The notes below the pieces were generated by a model. That model was not told the DNA's origin. It did not search any database and saw only the letters and a list, made by a program, of their open reading frames with translations. Shown here one piece after another: positions 1 through 8,241 of a stretch of DNA of 49,834 bases. Position numbers and translations under genes: made by a program. Source of the stretch: a virus (lineage: Duplodnaviria > Caudoviricetes). Positions within the stretch are counted from its first letter, which is position 1, and the number at the start of each line of letters is the position of its first letter. The DNA lies in IMG/VR virus record IMGVR_UViG_3300012953_000046, positions 1 through 49,834 of that record, one strand, 5' to 3'.

Positions 1-12
1 GAAATCAGACCT

Positions 13-300
13 ATGCAACTAACATCCAAAGACGGAAATATGGTCGTTGATTTCTATCCTGTTAAGGATTGGGACGGCACAGTATCAACTGACCACAAAC
101 TCAAAGTATTAACATTCATGGGTAATACGATGAGAAAAATGATACTTACCATCGATCAATTTGTTGAGCAAAGTGGTAACTATCGCACAAAACATGATTA
201 TCAAGTAACAGATAACCTTGATAATCTTCCTCAATTTCATAACTTTATGAAATCATCGGGTTGTTATTACAAACCCTACCGCACACTAAACAACTATTAA
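13..300 (+). CDS. hypothetical phage protein (95 aa)
   Basis: ATG ORF, co-oriented and closely packed with the next genes; no motif recognised. Confidence 0.7.
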   Translation: MQLTSKDGNMVVDFYPVKDWDGTVSTDHKLKVLTFMGNTMRKMILTIDQFVEQSGNYRTKHDYQVTDNLDNLPQFHNFMKSSGCYYKPYRTLNNY

Positions 301-313
301 GGAGGACAATTTC

Positions 314-541
314 ATGTATTCAAGTGATGCTTTTGGAAGAATCTTCTGGGTTGATGATAACAATGATTTCAAATCATGCCCACTAAATGTTGATAATACA
401 GGAGATTTTGATGCTGCTGATTATGTATCAGAGTGGACAGATTGGGAGGGAGTTAATTATGATTTGCTCTTTAATATTCATCAATCATGTATATTCAACA
501 AACTCAATTATGCTGGATCACTTAACATCAAAGGTGCTTAA
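314..541 (+). CDS. hypothetical acidic phage protein (75 aa)
   Basis: Strong RBS (AAGGAGG at ~299-305) upstream of the ATG. Confidence 0.8.
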   Translation: MYSSDAFGRIFWVDDNNDFKSCPLNVDNTGDFDAADYVSEWTDWEGVNYDLLFNIHQSCIFNKLNYAGSLNIKGA

Positions 542-589
542 TTCATATCACTAATTAACATTAACTCATTCTTCACTAATTAACAACAA

Positions 590-919
590 ATGCCCCAATT
601 ATCAACCCTAGTTAACAACATTAACGATGCACAAACTGTAGAGGAAAATGTATACAAACTACGTGAATCTCTCATTAAAAACTATAATCGTAGAGGTTAC
701 AATTCTGAATTAGAAGTAACAATTAACAAGGGAAGAAAGTATTGGAAAGTTATTACTAACAATTCAGTACATTGCTTTGTAGATGTAAAGAATGGAGACG
801 TATATAAGGCAGCAAGTTGGAATAAACCTGCTGCAATCGTCCGATACAATTTATTAACTAACCCAGAGATTGTATTTGAAAGATGTGATTGGGCGGGAGG
901 ATACTTATACATTAGATAA
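590..919 (+). CDS. conserved hypothetical cyanophage protein (109 aa)
   Basis: GRKYWKV...SVHCFVD...GDVYKAASW.KPA..VRYNL...DWAGGYLY pattern, which I recognise from small T4-like marine phage proteins. Confidence 0.8.
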   Translation: MPQLSTLVNNINDAQTVEENVYKLRESLIKNYNRRGYNSELEVTINKGRKYWKVITNNSVHCFVDVKNGDVYKAASWNKPAAIVRYNLLTNPEIVFERCDWAGGYLYIR

Positions 920-933
920 TAACACTTAATACA

Positions 934-940
934 CTAAATA
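934..940 (+). promoter_or_regulatory. possible T4-type late promoter (CTAAATA)
   Basis: Matches the late-promoter core seen elsewhere in the window, but sits in AT-rich DNA with no gene directly downstream. Confidence 0.3.
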
Positions 941-982
941 CTCCAACCTAATTAACAACAATGCAAACACGATTAACAAGTA

Positions 983-1017
983 GTTTTCCACATTTAACAG
1001 ACATACTTGTGGAAAAC
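983..1017. repeat. 10-bp inverted repeat made of two cyanobacterial-type DnaA boxes (TTTTCCACA / TGTGGAAAA)
   Basis: GTTTTCCACA 983-992 and TGTGGAAAAC 1008-1017 with a 15-bp spacer, followed by an AT-rich tract. Confidence 0.75.
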
Positions 1018-1100
1018 AGTGTATTAATTAAATGTATTAATAAACATAGGTACGTGTTATTTACTTCGTGTAATATGGACTCTAGTTAGTGTTATCTTAG

Positions 1101-1129
1101 AGCGTAACATAGCGAGATTTTTTTGTCAA
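1101..1129 (-). promoter_or_regulatory. putative leftward sigma70-type promoter (TTGACA-17 bp-TACGCT with extended TGn)
   Basis: The minus strand reads TTGACA AAAAAAATCTCGCTATGT-like spacer then TACGCT; -35 at 1124-1129, -10 at 1101-1106. Confidence 0.5.
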
Positions 1130-1165
1130 CAATTGCTAAGGATTATGTCAATCTCAGTATAACCC

Positions 1166-1194
1166 TTGACATTGCAATCGTTTTCGGTTATTAT
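1166..1194 (+). promoter_or_regulatory. sigma70-type early promoter (TTGACA-17 bp-TATTAT)
   Basis: Perfect -35 at 1166-1171, 17-bp spacer, -10 TATTAT at 1189-1194, ATG at 1217. Confidence 0.8.
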
Positions 1195-1216
1195 TAACAA
1201 TGTAAGCACAATCCCC

Positions 1217-1387
1217 ATGGGTAGGACACACAAACGTAATGACCTCTATTCATCAAATAGACCCAAATCTTTGAGAGAAAAGAGACAACAATCACGGACA
1301 AAGTACAAGCGAGAAAATGTTAATGATTCCACAAGTACTGTGGAAAAGTATAACAAACCCCGCACTGATTTGCCCCCTTCCGCCTAA
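1217..1387 (+). CDS. small basic hypothetical protein (56 aa, MGRTHKRND...)
   Basis: The ORF-track TTG start at 1166 is the -35 box; the ATG at 1217 lies just after the promoter; K/R-rich. Confidence 0.6.
   Translation: MGRTHKRNDLYSSNRPKSLREKRQQSRTKYKRENVNDSTSTVEKYNKPRTDLPPSA
1325..1347. repeat. second inverted DnaA-box-like pair (GATTCCACA / TGTGGAAAA)
   Basis: Perfect reverse box at 1339-1347 and a 2-mismatch forward box at 1325-1333, 5-bp spacer. Confidence 0.55.
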
Positions 1388-1409
1388 CACTTTTTTGCCC
1401 CTTATTGCC

Positions 1410-1577
1410 ATGCCTAAAGTAACAACAATTAGCACTAATCCCCCTGTAGATGTTAAACTATGGGAAAAGGGTAGGAGATACTTTTGGGCGTATAATTACC
1501 CCAATTGTAGTAAGTATGGACCGTTTAAATCTGAGAAGTTAGCATTACTCGACGCAACCAATTACTCATCCAATTAA
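1410..1577 (+). CDS. hypothetical protein (55 aa, MPKVTTISTNPP...YGPFKSE)
   Basis: In-frame ATG at 1410 avoids overlap with the upstream gene; the stop overlaps the next start (TAATG). Confidence 0.65.
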   Translation: MPKVTTISTNPPVDVKLWEKGRRYFWAYNYPNCSKYGPFKSEKLALLDATNYSSN

Positions 1578-1774
1578 TGACAACAATCCCAACCAAATTG
1601 CAACTCTTATGTGATGCTTACGACGCAGGAGTATTACCCCCTGATAAACAAATAGAGATGGCACAGTTCTTAATAGATTGTGACCTACACAATGAGTTGC
1701 TACAGTATCAACAACTATGTGATTATTACATCGCTGAGGGTATATGTTATGAGGTAGTATTAGGGGATAGATAG
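1577..1774 (+). CDS. hypothetical protein (65 aa)
   Basis: Translationally coupled TAATG start; plausible protein composition. Confidence 0.7.
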   Translation: MTTIPTKLQLLCDAYDAGVLPPDKQIEMAQFLIDCDLHNELLQYQQLCDYYIAEGICYEVVLGDR

Positions 1775-1784
1775 TATTACATAG

Positions 1785-1817
1785 TACGTGCACAGTTATT
1801 AACACTTAGTGCACGTA
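1785..1817. repeat. 9-bp inverted repeat TACGTGCAC / GTGCACGTA (hairpin, terminator or binding site)
   Basis: Arms at 1785-1793 and 1809-1817, 15-bp spacer, followed by TTT; lies directly after a gene block. Confidence 0.55.
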
Positions 1818-1905
1818 TTTAAAAACATCCCTATCACTAACCTACAACAGTATCCTAGTGTGTGAAAAAAATTTCAGGGTATAAAAATTCCTCCAGTAGG
1901 GTCGC

Positions 1906-2388
1906 ATGTTAAACGAGAGACAACTTAAGAAGAAAGCATTAGAAGAAGAATTCGCAGACCTCGTTGGTCGCCCATGGCCTGGTAGAAGGTATCCTGGGTG
2001 CTACGAGGTCATTCAACTGTACGCAAAGCGTGAGTTGGGGAGGGAGTTAAAAAGTTTCAGAGGATTATATACAAGTTTCAAAGATGAGGCAGTGGCAGAG
2101 GAGAATGGGTTGTGGATAACCAAACCAGTATGGGGAGAGGATCTAGACTTTAATCTAATACAGAAGAATGATCTCCTTCTTTATAAGATTTACACAACCG
2201 AGTTGGGAGGTGGTTACTCAGCGAAGATGGAGGATCGTGCTCCCAACCACGGTGCAGTTTATCTTGGTGATGGGTTTATACTTCATCAGGTCTGGCAGCA
2301 ACCATCGAATATAGTAGACTTGCTTAATAAGAATGCATACCTATATCAGCACAGTTGTGTAGGTGTAGTTAGGGAAAACACTACATAA
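1906..2388 (+). CDS. NlpC/P60-family (lambda tail K-like) cysteine peptidase
   Basis: Catalytic Cys motif PGCYEVIQLY, His motif NHGAVYLGDG and third residue ILHQ, in the NlpC/P60 order. Confidence 0.75.
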   Translation: MLNERQLKKKALEEEFADLVGRPWPGRRYPGCYEVIQLYAKRELGRELKSFRGLYTSFKDEAVAEENGLWITKPVWGEDLDFNLIQKNDLLLYKIYTTELGGGYSAKMEDRAPNHGAVYLGDGFILHQVWQQPSNIVDLLNKNAYLYQHSCVGVVRENTT

Positions 2389-2412
2389 GTCAGATACCAA
2401 TTAGTATATGAC

Positions 2413-2580
2413 ATGAGTAAGAGATATACCTTACAGATCGAGGAGGATTATGAGGGAGATGCCTTCATAAAGATCCCTCAAGACCTATTAGATGAATTAG
2501 GTTGGTTGAGAGATGATATGCTAGAATATGAAGAAGAGACCGATGGGTCTGTAATCCTTTGGAAGATTCTTGAAGAATGA
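2413..2580 (+). CDS. AbrB/MazE/SpoVT-like small DNA-binding protein (55 aa; not in ORF track)
   Basis: Manual translation MSKRYTLQIEEDYEGDAFIKIPQDLLDELGWLRDDMLEYEEETDGSVILWKILEE; IP..LL..LGW..D.L is the AbrB-fold signature. Confidence 0.75.
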   Translation: MSKRYTLQIEEDYEGDAFIKIPQDLLDELGWLRDDMLEYEEETDGSVILWKILEE

Positions 2581-2645
2581 GATACAATCAGATAATGTTA
2601 ACCATATTGGTTATTATTAATATTATCAACATGATAAAAAATTAG
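2577..2645 (+). CDS. putative 22-aa hydrophobic micropeptide MRYNQIMLTILVIINIINMIKN
   Basis: ATGA overlap with the upstream stop; fills the gap to the next gene; single hydrophobic stretch. Confidence 0.4.
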   Translation: MRYNQIMLTILVIINIINMIKN

Positions 2646-2655
2646 CGTTGAAAAA

Positions 2656-3048
2656 ATGGCGAATCAATTTGTACATGGTTTAAGTGAAACTGTAACCCCT
2701 CAAGTACCAAAGTTTGAGAGTGATGGAGAATTTCTGGCGTGGGCATTCAAAAATCTATCTGAGGCAATCAAAAACCTCAATGACAGATGTAATAAGATAG
2801 AAGAAGCATTACAAAAAATACCGCCCCCAGGTCCTGACATGATCAAGTATAAGATCCCTGGGCAATCGGATTACTCTAATCTATTGGTATTATTCGATAA
2901 TTTGTTTGACCGTCTAGATCATTTGGAAGATCGGTTAGAGACATCAGTATCCCTGAGAGAGCAGCTAAATACTTTAACGGAGCGTATCGATAAATTAGAT
3001 GGCAGCGTACATACAGGAGACAGGGAGGAGCTTCCCCAATCCGATTAA
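2656..3048 (+). CDS. hypothetical coiled-coil protein (130 aa)
   Basis: Heptad-rich segments (LSEAIKNLNDRCNKIEEAL; LFDRLDHLEDRLE; LNTLTERIDKL); overlaps the next gene by 50 nt. Confidence 0.75.
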   Translation: MANQFVHGLSETVTPQVPKFESDGEFLAWAFKNLSEAIKNLNDRCNKIEEALQKIPPPGPDMIKYKIPGQSDYSNLLVLFDNLFDRLDHLEDRLETSVSLREQLNTLTERIDKLDGSVHTGDREELPQSD

Positions 3049-6000
3049 AGGTGGAGATTTTAATAGAGTATTTAAACGCCCCCAGAGTGGCGAGTATGAC
3101 ACCTGTTCGGATTATCCTGGCGTAGGTAGTGGACAAGACTATACTATTACCTTTGAAGGTGGTGGTCCTGGTACAATGCCTATGGGTAAGGATCTTGTAC
3201 ACTATATCGGTGATGATGATCCTACTAATGTAACTAATGGAGGAAACGAGAGACAACCGATCTACCGTTTCTATAGAGGAGCAAAAGACGACCACAAATA
3301 TACTCGCACAGAAAGATTACAGAAGAAAGATCTAGGATGTGAGAATGAATCCTGGTCTAAGGCAGCAAGGGCATATAACCCTGAGCCTAGATCAGGTAAA
3401 CCTGTGTTCTACGTTATGACAGCACAGGCACCTAATACAGTACCACTTAAGGCATATTATTCCTATTGGCCCGACGATACCCAGCTTTGTTCAGGGACAA
3501 ATGTTCCTACTGGATTAAATGGAGTAGGTTGTGGAAGAAACAAGTATGCATTAGTGGATACACTTGGGTACGTTTATACTACAGAAGCAGACGCACAGGC
3601 GATGTGCACAGGCACAGAGACCCCTGTAGCAATCTATGAGTATCTTCACCCAGATCCAGATCATTTCTATACTACAGATCCAGCTAGTGAAGTTAACTTA
3701 GCTGATAATAGTCCTATTGCTCCAGCAGATAGTGGACAGAAAGAATACAGTTACCTTGGAATCATAGGGTGGGCATTCAAGACACGTGCTCTAGACTGTC
3801 CTACAGACCTTATAGTAGACATTGGTAAGATAGGTCCAACTGGTCAATGTATTAATAAGTCTGGTTGGTATGACTATTCAGATGATGCTCAACAGGATTA
3901 TGATGAATCTGAGACAGGTTGGTCTGAGTTCATGTATCGTCAGGGTAGAGATTCTAGCGGTGCTAATACAGAAGGACCACCATCTGTTAATGGTTGGGGT
4001 AACCCAGACAATGTAGAAGCATTATCTAATGATGCCTTCTTCGAGTGGAGTTACGGTCTGAGTGGTGCCGTAAAGGGTGCTGTACCACGTTTCCTTGGGT
4101 TTGAGGATTCATATGAGTCTCAGTTCTATTTTTACCTTTATGATACTACCTATCCTTGGAATGGTCCTATATTCTCTTCACAGTATATCATTAGTAATGC
4201 TAAGTGCTGTCCTAATACTACTGACCCTGAAGGATGTCCTCAATGTGCTCCTGTATGGACATATCATTCTCATTTCTATGAGATACAACAAGACTCATGG
4301 GAGACTACTAAGACTAAACTATCCCTACATGACCAGAGCTCAGTTGGTGTTAATGAATCATTCTGGTGTGTAGATACTGAGGCAACTACTATACTATTCC
4401 GCTATCAGACACGAGGTGGTGACTTTAATAGGGGAGATAAGATTAATGGATGGGACATAGTTTCTGTATACTACTTTGGTGATGAGCTTAAGTGCGGTAT
4501 AATGGAGCTTACATGGGATAACACCAATGATAATAAGTGGTACGTTAACCCTGCTTGTATGGCATGGCGCATTACTAGCACAGGTGGTACAGAGGTAACT
4601 AACTCAAATGCACAGAAAGGGTCATGGGTTGAGATAGGTAACCCTACTAATCAGTCAGTGCCGTGGTCAGCACACATGAAGTCATACGGAATATACCCTC
4701 AGAAACCTGCTGATGACGTAGTAGATCCTCTTATTGGTGTATGGCAAGTGCATACTGCGTCATTCACTATACCTACTGCGGGTGATTATGAGTTAAGAAT
4801 AGAGTCTGATAACTATGGGTACATGAAGATTACGGATTCTGGTAGCACAGTGCTCGTAGATAGGGAGATAACGTACGTTAGTGGTATGGGACAAGAGACA
4901 TTCCCTATGACATTAGGACCAGGTACTTACACTTTAGAGACTAGAGTTAAGAATATTAATAGGACTGTGGATCCTACTCCGTTTACTTACCAGGAGTTGC
5001 ACGAATCCAGTGACGGTGGAGTAGCAGAGATACTATCAGGATACGGTATACCTAATAAAGCAGCATTCTGTGGTGTATATGAATTCCCTAAAAAGATATC
5101 TTATTGGAAAGTGCAGGTTAACCCTAAAGCATTGATACCACATCGCACACTAGATGAGGCAGAGTTAGAGGCAGTAGTAGATGATCTAGGACAAGTTGTG
5201 CAGGTAGTAGTTATTAATGGGGGAAGAGGTTACTCTGATCCTCAGATACATGTTATGAATCCTCGTGAGATGGATAACTATTCCGCTACTGACACTGCTA
5301 AAGCAATGGAGGATAGTATTAATAACTCCGATGATTGGTCTGAGTCTTTGGGTACACCCGTTAGTTCTAGTATGACCCGTAAGGATCTTAGGACTGCGGT
5401 TAAAGCGTTTGGTACACACAGTGGTATCATAGAACAACCGCAAGATAAGAATAAAGAGAAATTTGAATTACGTCAGGCAAAGGTAGAGATAGCAGAGTTA
5501 GATCCCTATGGTGTGATTAAGGTTATCCGTGTCATAGATGGTGGTGCAGGATATAACCAAGCAAACGTACCAGTAGTTAAGATTGTAGAGCCTGAGCATA
5601 TTGAGTACAACTCTCCTGATGCTAATGGAGCTAGTATCAATGAGACTTCCAAGATGTTAGGAGAAGCGTGGAATCATGAGTTTGAAGATTCTGATATACA
5701 GACTATCTCCTCAAATTTTGATCCAGAGACAATGGGATACATTGAATCATCTATGGGTCTTCCGTCAAAGGGGGTTAACTCTCCGCAAAATGTGTACGTA
5801 GAGGTACCTGATAGTTACATCCGTGCAGCGAATGACGGTATAGATGATGACGTAACTAAGTTGTGCTTTAACCTACCAGCAAACTGTATTGATATTGACG
5901 CTAAAGGATTCATTAGTGATGCTATACCAGATGAAGAAGCATTCTCTTTGGTTGGATCTTTATCACCTGGTATAGCAGCGTTTGAAAAGGAGGTTATGCC

Positions 6001-7072
6001 GTATGCTTATGATGGTGCTAGTCGGACAGATGACTATGGTGATAACATGTCACACTTATATGGTCCGTTTGGTAAGGACAAGTGTATCGAGGTAGCGCAA
6101 CCTAGACTATACAATATACAACGTTGGTTTGATATGCCGTGTGCATACCTAGATGTAGGTAATGTTAAGGAGGACTTTAAAGAAGATGCTGAGGATCAGA
6201 AGGCATTTGGGTGGTTACCATTTAAGTATTGTGCGTCACAGCAGAAAGAAGCAACCTTTAGAGTATCACTAGAAGTAGAAGGAAAGACTATTGGTAGTCA
6301 GGGTCAGGCATTTATGGACTACCTAGAGAATATGCCAGTACCTTTCCTACAGGCAAAGAGAGATCCTCCTGGTAATGCTGGTAAGAGGACATGGAATTGC
6401 CGACGTGGATCTATTCAAGGTAGATGTTACCGTGACCCTGGTAACAGTGCAGACATTGTATTTGTACCAGTGGGGTTAGATGAGAATACCTATGACTACA
6501 ATAGATCTAGTTACACAGAATTGGAACAATTACAAATGTGGGCTGGTCAGAATATTACCAGTAGTGCAGCAGTGCAGACATGGTTGGGTCACCCTACAGA
6601 AGGGGATCCAGCAGGTACACCGCACTCTGTTGACTATACTGCTCTAACAGTTGCTAGTTGTACCAATGGAGTACCCCCGAATGAGTGTTGGGACACCTAC
6701 GTGCGTGGTGTGACGGCAAGTGATGGACCTTTGCAAGTCTATTGCGGCTATGATAATGCGGGGAATCCTCTATCAGGTAACACTTATTGTAATACACCAG
6801 AGCTATATGACTCTTGTGCAGCACTTGATAAGTGTATGGATGCCTCTATTGCTATAAATCCTAAGAGGATGCGTGTTACAAAGGATGGTAAAGTGATGCA
6901 CTTAGGTGCATATAACGGTGTTATGACTGTTAGAAACTATTTGACAGGTGGTATTATGGCTCTAGATAGAGCAATCAGCAATTATGGTAACCCATATTTC
7001 GATGAATGTAGTCAGGATCAGTCATGGACTGCTGGAACTGAAGTAAATGAGAAGGAGAGAGGTATACAATAA
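2999..7072 (+). CDS. large Cys-rich virion structural protein (DUF5648-like repeats, PA14-like segment, GxGY repeats)
   Basis: PIYRFY...DHKYT and AIYEY...DHFYTTD...YLGIIGWAF repeats; FTIPTAGDYELRIESDN PA14-like motif; V..GGRGYSDP motifs shared with baseplate proteins; next to PAAR and gp25. Confidence 0.7.
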   Translation: MAAYIQETGRSFPNPIKGGDFNRVFKRPQSGEYDTCSDYPGVGSGQDYTITFEGGGPGTMPMGKDLVHYIGDDDPTNVTNGGNERQPIYRFYRGAKDDHKYTRTERLQKKDLGCENESWSKAARAYNPEPRSGKPVFYVMTAQAPNTVPLKAYYSYWPDDTQLCSGTNVPTGLNGVGCGRNKYALVDTLGYVYTTEADAQAMCTGTETPVAIYEYLHPDPDHFYTTDPASEVNLADNSPIAPADSGQKEYSYLGIIGWAFKTRALDCPTDLIVDIGKIGPTGQCINKSGWYDYSDDAQQDYDESETGWSEFMYRQGRDSSGANTEGPPSVNGWGNPDNVEALSNDAFFEWSYGLSGAVKGAVPRFLGFEDSYESQFYFYLYDTTYPWNGPIFSSQYIISNAKCCPNTTDPEGCPQCAPVWTYHSHFYEIQQDSWETTKTKLSLHDQSSVGVNESFWCVDTEATTILFRYQTRGGDFNRGDKINGWDIVSVYYFGDELKCGIMELTWDNTNDNKWYVNPACMAWRITSTGGTEVTNSNAQKGSWVEIGNPTNQSVPWSAHMKSYGIYPQKPADDVVDPLIGVWQVHTASFTIPTAGDYELRIESDNYGYMKITDSGSTVLVDREITYVSGMGQETFPMTLGPGTYTLETRVKNINRTVDPTPFTYQELHESSDGGVAEILSGYGIPNKAAFCGVYEFPKKISYWKVQVNPKALIPHRTLDEAELEAVVDDLGQVVQVVVINGGRGYSDPQIHVMNPREMDNYSATDTAKAMEDSINNSDDWSESLGTPVSSSMTRKDLRTAVKAFGTHSGIIEQPQDKNKEKFELRQAKVEIAELDPYGVIKVIRVIDGGAGYNQANVPVVKIVEPEHIEYNSPDANGASINETSKMLGEAWNHEFEDSDIQTISSNFDPETMGYIESSMGLPSKGVNSPQNVYVEVPDSYIRAANDGIDDDVTKLCFNLPANCIDIDAKGFISDAIPDEEAFSLVGSLSPGIAAFEKEVMPYAYDGASRTDDYGDNMSHLYGPFGKDKCIEVAQPRLYNIQRWFDMPCAYLDVGNVKEDFKEDAEDQKAFGWLPFKYCASQQKEATFRVSLEVEGKTIGSQGQAFMDYLENMPVPFLQAKRDPPGNAGKRTWNCRRGSIQGRCYRDPGNSADIVFVPVGLDENTYDYNRSSYTELEQLQMWAGQNITSSAAVQTWLGHPTEGDPAGTPHSVDYTALTVASCTNGVPPNECWDTYVRGVTASDGPLQVYCGYDNAGNPLSGNTYCNTPELYDSCAALDKCMDASIAINPKRMRVTKDGKVMHLGAYNGVMTVRNYLTGGIMALDRAISNYGNPYFDECSQDQSWTAGTEVNEKERGIQ

Positions 7073-7605
7073 TGGCATTTGGGTTTCTAAAACCAGTTGC
7101 ATCATTGAATGGACTACCTTGTAGTGGTCATGGACTATGTTTACCGTCTACAATTCACTCTGTACAGTCTTGTGGTAGTCCACCGATACCATATTCTATT
7201 GTAATTAAGGAGTTTACCTGTTGGTGGCCTCCTACACCGATGATACCTATCTTCCCAGTTACCCCTTTAAGGGCAACTGTGCTGGTAAATCGTATCCCCA
7301 TCATGCTTTTGGGAGATACCTTCACACCACATATAGCAGCATGTACTAATATAATTGTTTACATGTGTCCTTGTGGTAAGGCGATGTGTCCAACGCCCAC
7401 TCCAATCCCTTGTAGCACCCTTACAATTGAGGATTCAGGAGGTATCGGACATATAAGAATTGTTATGGCAACGACTTTAACCGTATATGCTTTGAAATTA
7501 CCTATTGCACGTATCCTAGACCCTCTAGGAGTCGGAATGCCAGGGTTTAGTTACCCTTGTTCATCTGTGGTTGCATGGGGGCATGCAACTGTGCTATCAT
7601 CATAG
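7072..7605 (+). CDS. PAAR-like baseplate spike tip protein (T4 gp5.4-like) with Cys-rich insertions
   Basis: SGHG...TVLVNRIP...GDTFTPH...GH...TVY...PIARILDPL...CSSVVAWG..TV pattern; upstream of gp25. Confidence 0.75.
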   Translation: MAFGFLKPVASLNGLPCSGHGLCLPSTIHSVQSCGSPPIPYSIVIKEFTCWWPPTPMIPIFPVTPLRATVLVNRIPIMLLGDTFTPHIAACTNIIVYMCPCGKAMCPTPTPIPCSTLTIEDSGGIGHIRIVMATTLTVYALKLPIARILDPLGVGMPGFSYPCSSVVAWGHATVLSS

Positions 7606-7622
7606 TAGTTTATCCAATAAAA

Positions 7623-7760
7623 ATGGCATTATACACCACCAACGGTGACTATCAATCTCCTCCAGCGAAGAAAACGAGGCAAGGAAACTCAAAAAACACT
7701 AAATTGAGTGCTACTTCTCGTAATTCAAGAAGGAAAAGATACAGGGGTCAAGGAAAATAG
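7623..7760 (+). CDS. small basic conserved cyanophage protein (45 aa, ...KKTRQGNSKNTKLSATSRN...KRYRGQGK)
   Basis: ATG at 7623 is in frame with ORF 7557-7760; this motif typically occurs next to gp25 in cyanomyoviruses. Confidence 0.75.
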   Translation: MALYTTNGDYQSPPAKKTRQGNSKNTKLSATSRNSRRKRYRGQGK

Positions 7761-7771
7761 TCGGGAAACCC

Positions 7772-7779
7772 TATAAATA
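7772..7779 (+). promoter_or_regulatory. T4-type late promoter TATAAATA
   Basis: Exact gp55 consensus in the intergenic region upstream of gp25; a second ATAAATA at 7802-7808. Confidence 0.85.
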
Positions 7780-7826
7780 AAAGATAATAGGGTTTATTGA
7801 GATAAATATCTCAAATTAGGACAAGA

Positions 7827-8240
7827 ATGGCAAGCTACAGATTCAGATCTGAGAAGTACGTCAGTAGAGGATTCAAGGATTTGGCGATTTCGCTTAACTC
7901 CAATCCCTCTACTGGCGATTTTGGCGTGGTTAGAAATGAAAATGCGATTAAACAGTCTGTACGTAACCTAATTTGCACCATGTATGGTGAGAGACCTTTT
8001 CAAGATGAGATAGGATCTCGTGTTAGAGAGCTATTATTTGAACCATGGGATCCATTTAGTGTTGATTCCATGAAAGGTGAAATTTATAACTGTCTTCAAA
8101 GACTTGAACCTCGTATTGAGGTAACTTCAATAGATTTAAGAGATGATTCGGACATTAATTCTATCCAAGTTGCCATAGAGTATACCATAGTAGGACAGGA
8201 AGTCCAACAGTCAGTAGATTTTCTCCTAGAGAGAGCATAA
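7827..8240 (+). CDS. gp25: baseplate wedge subunit gp25
   Basis: FKDL...P..GD....NENAIKQSVRNL..T..GERPF...IGS....LLFE...EPRI motifs. Confidence 0.95.
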   Translation: MASYRFRSEKYVSRGFKDLAISLNSNPSTGDFGVVRNENAIKQSVRNLICTMYGERPFQDEIGSRVRELLFEPWDPFSVDSMKGEIYNCLQRLEPRIEVTSIDLRDDSDINSIQVAIEYTIVGQEVQQSVDFLLERA

Positions 8241-8241
8241 A

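Noticed and set aside
1146-1151. Second minus-strand TTGACA (TGTCAA on +)
   Set aside because: No acceptable -10 hexamer at 16-18 bp spacing
7557-7622. Upstream extension of the small basic ORF
   Set aside because: It overlaps the PAAR gene; the ATG at 7623 gives the recognisable conserved protein
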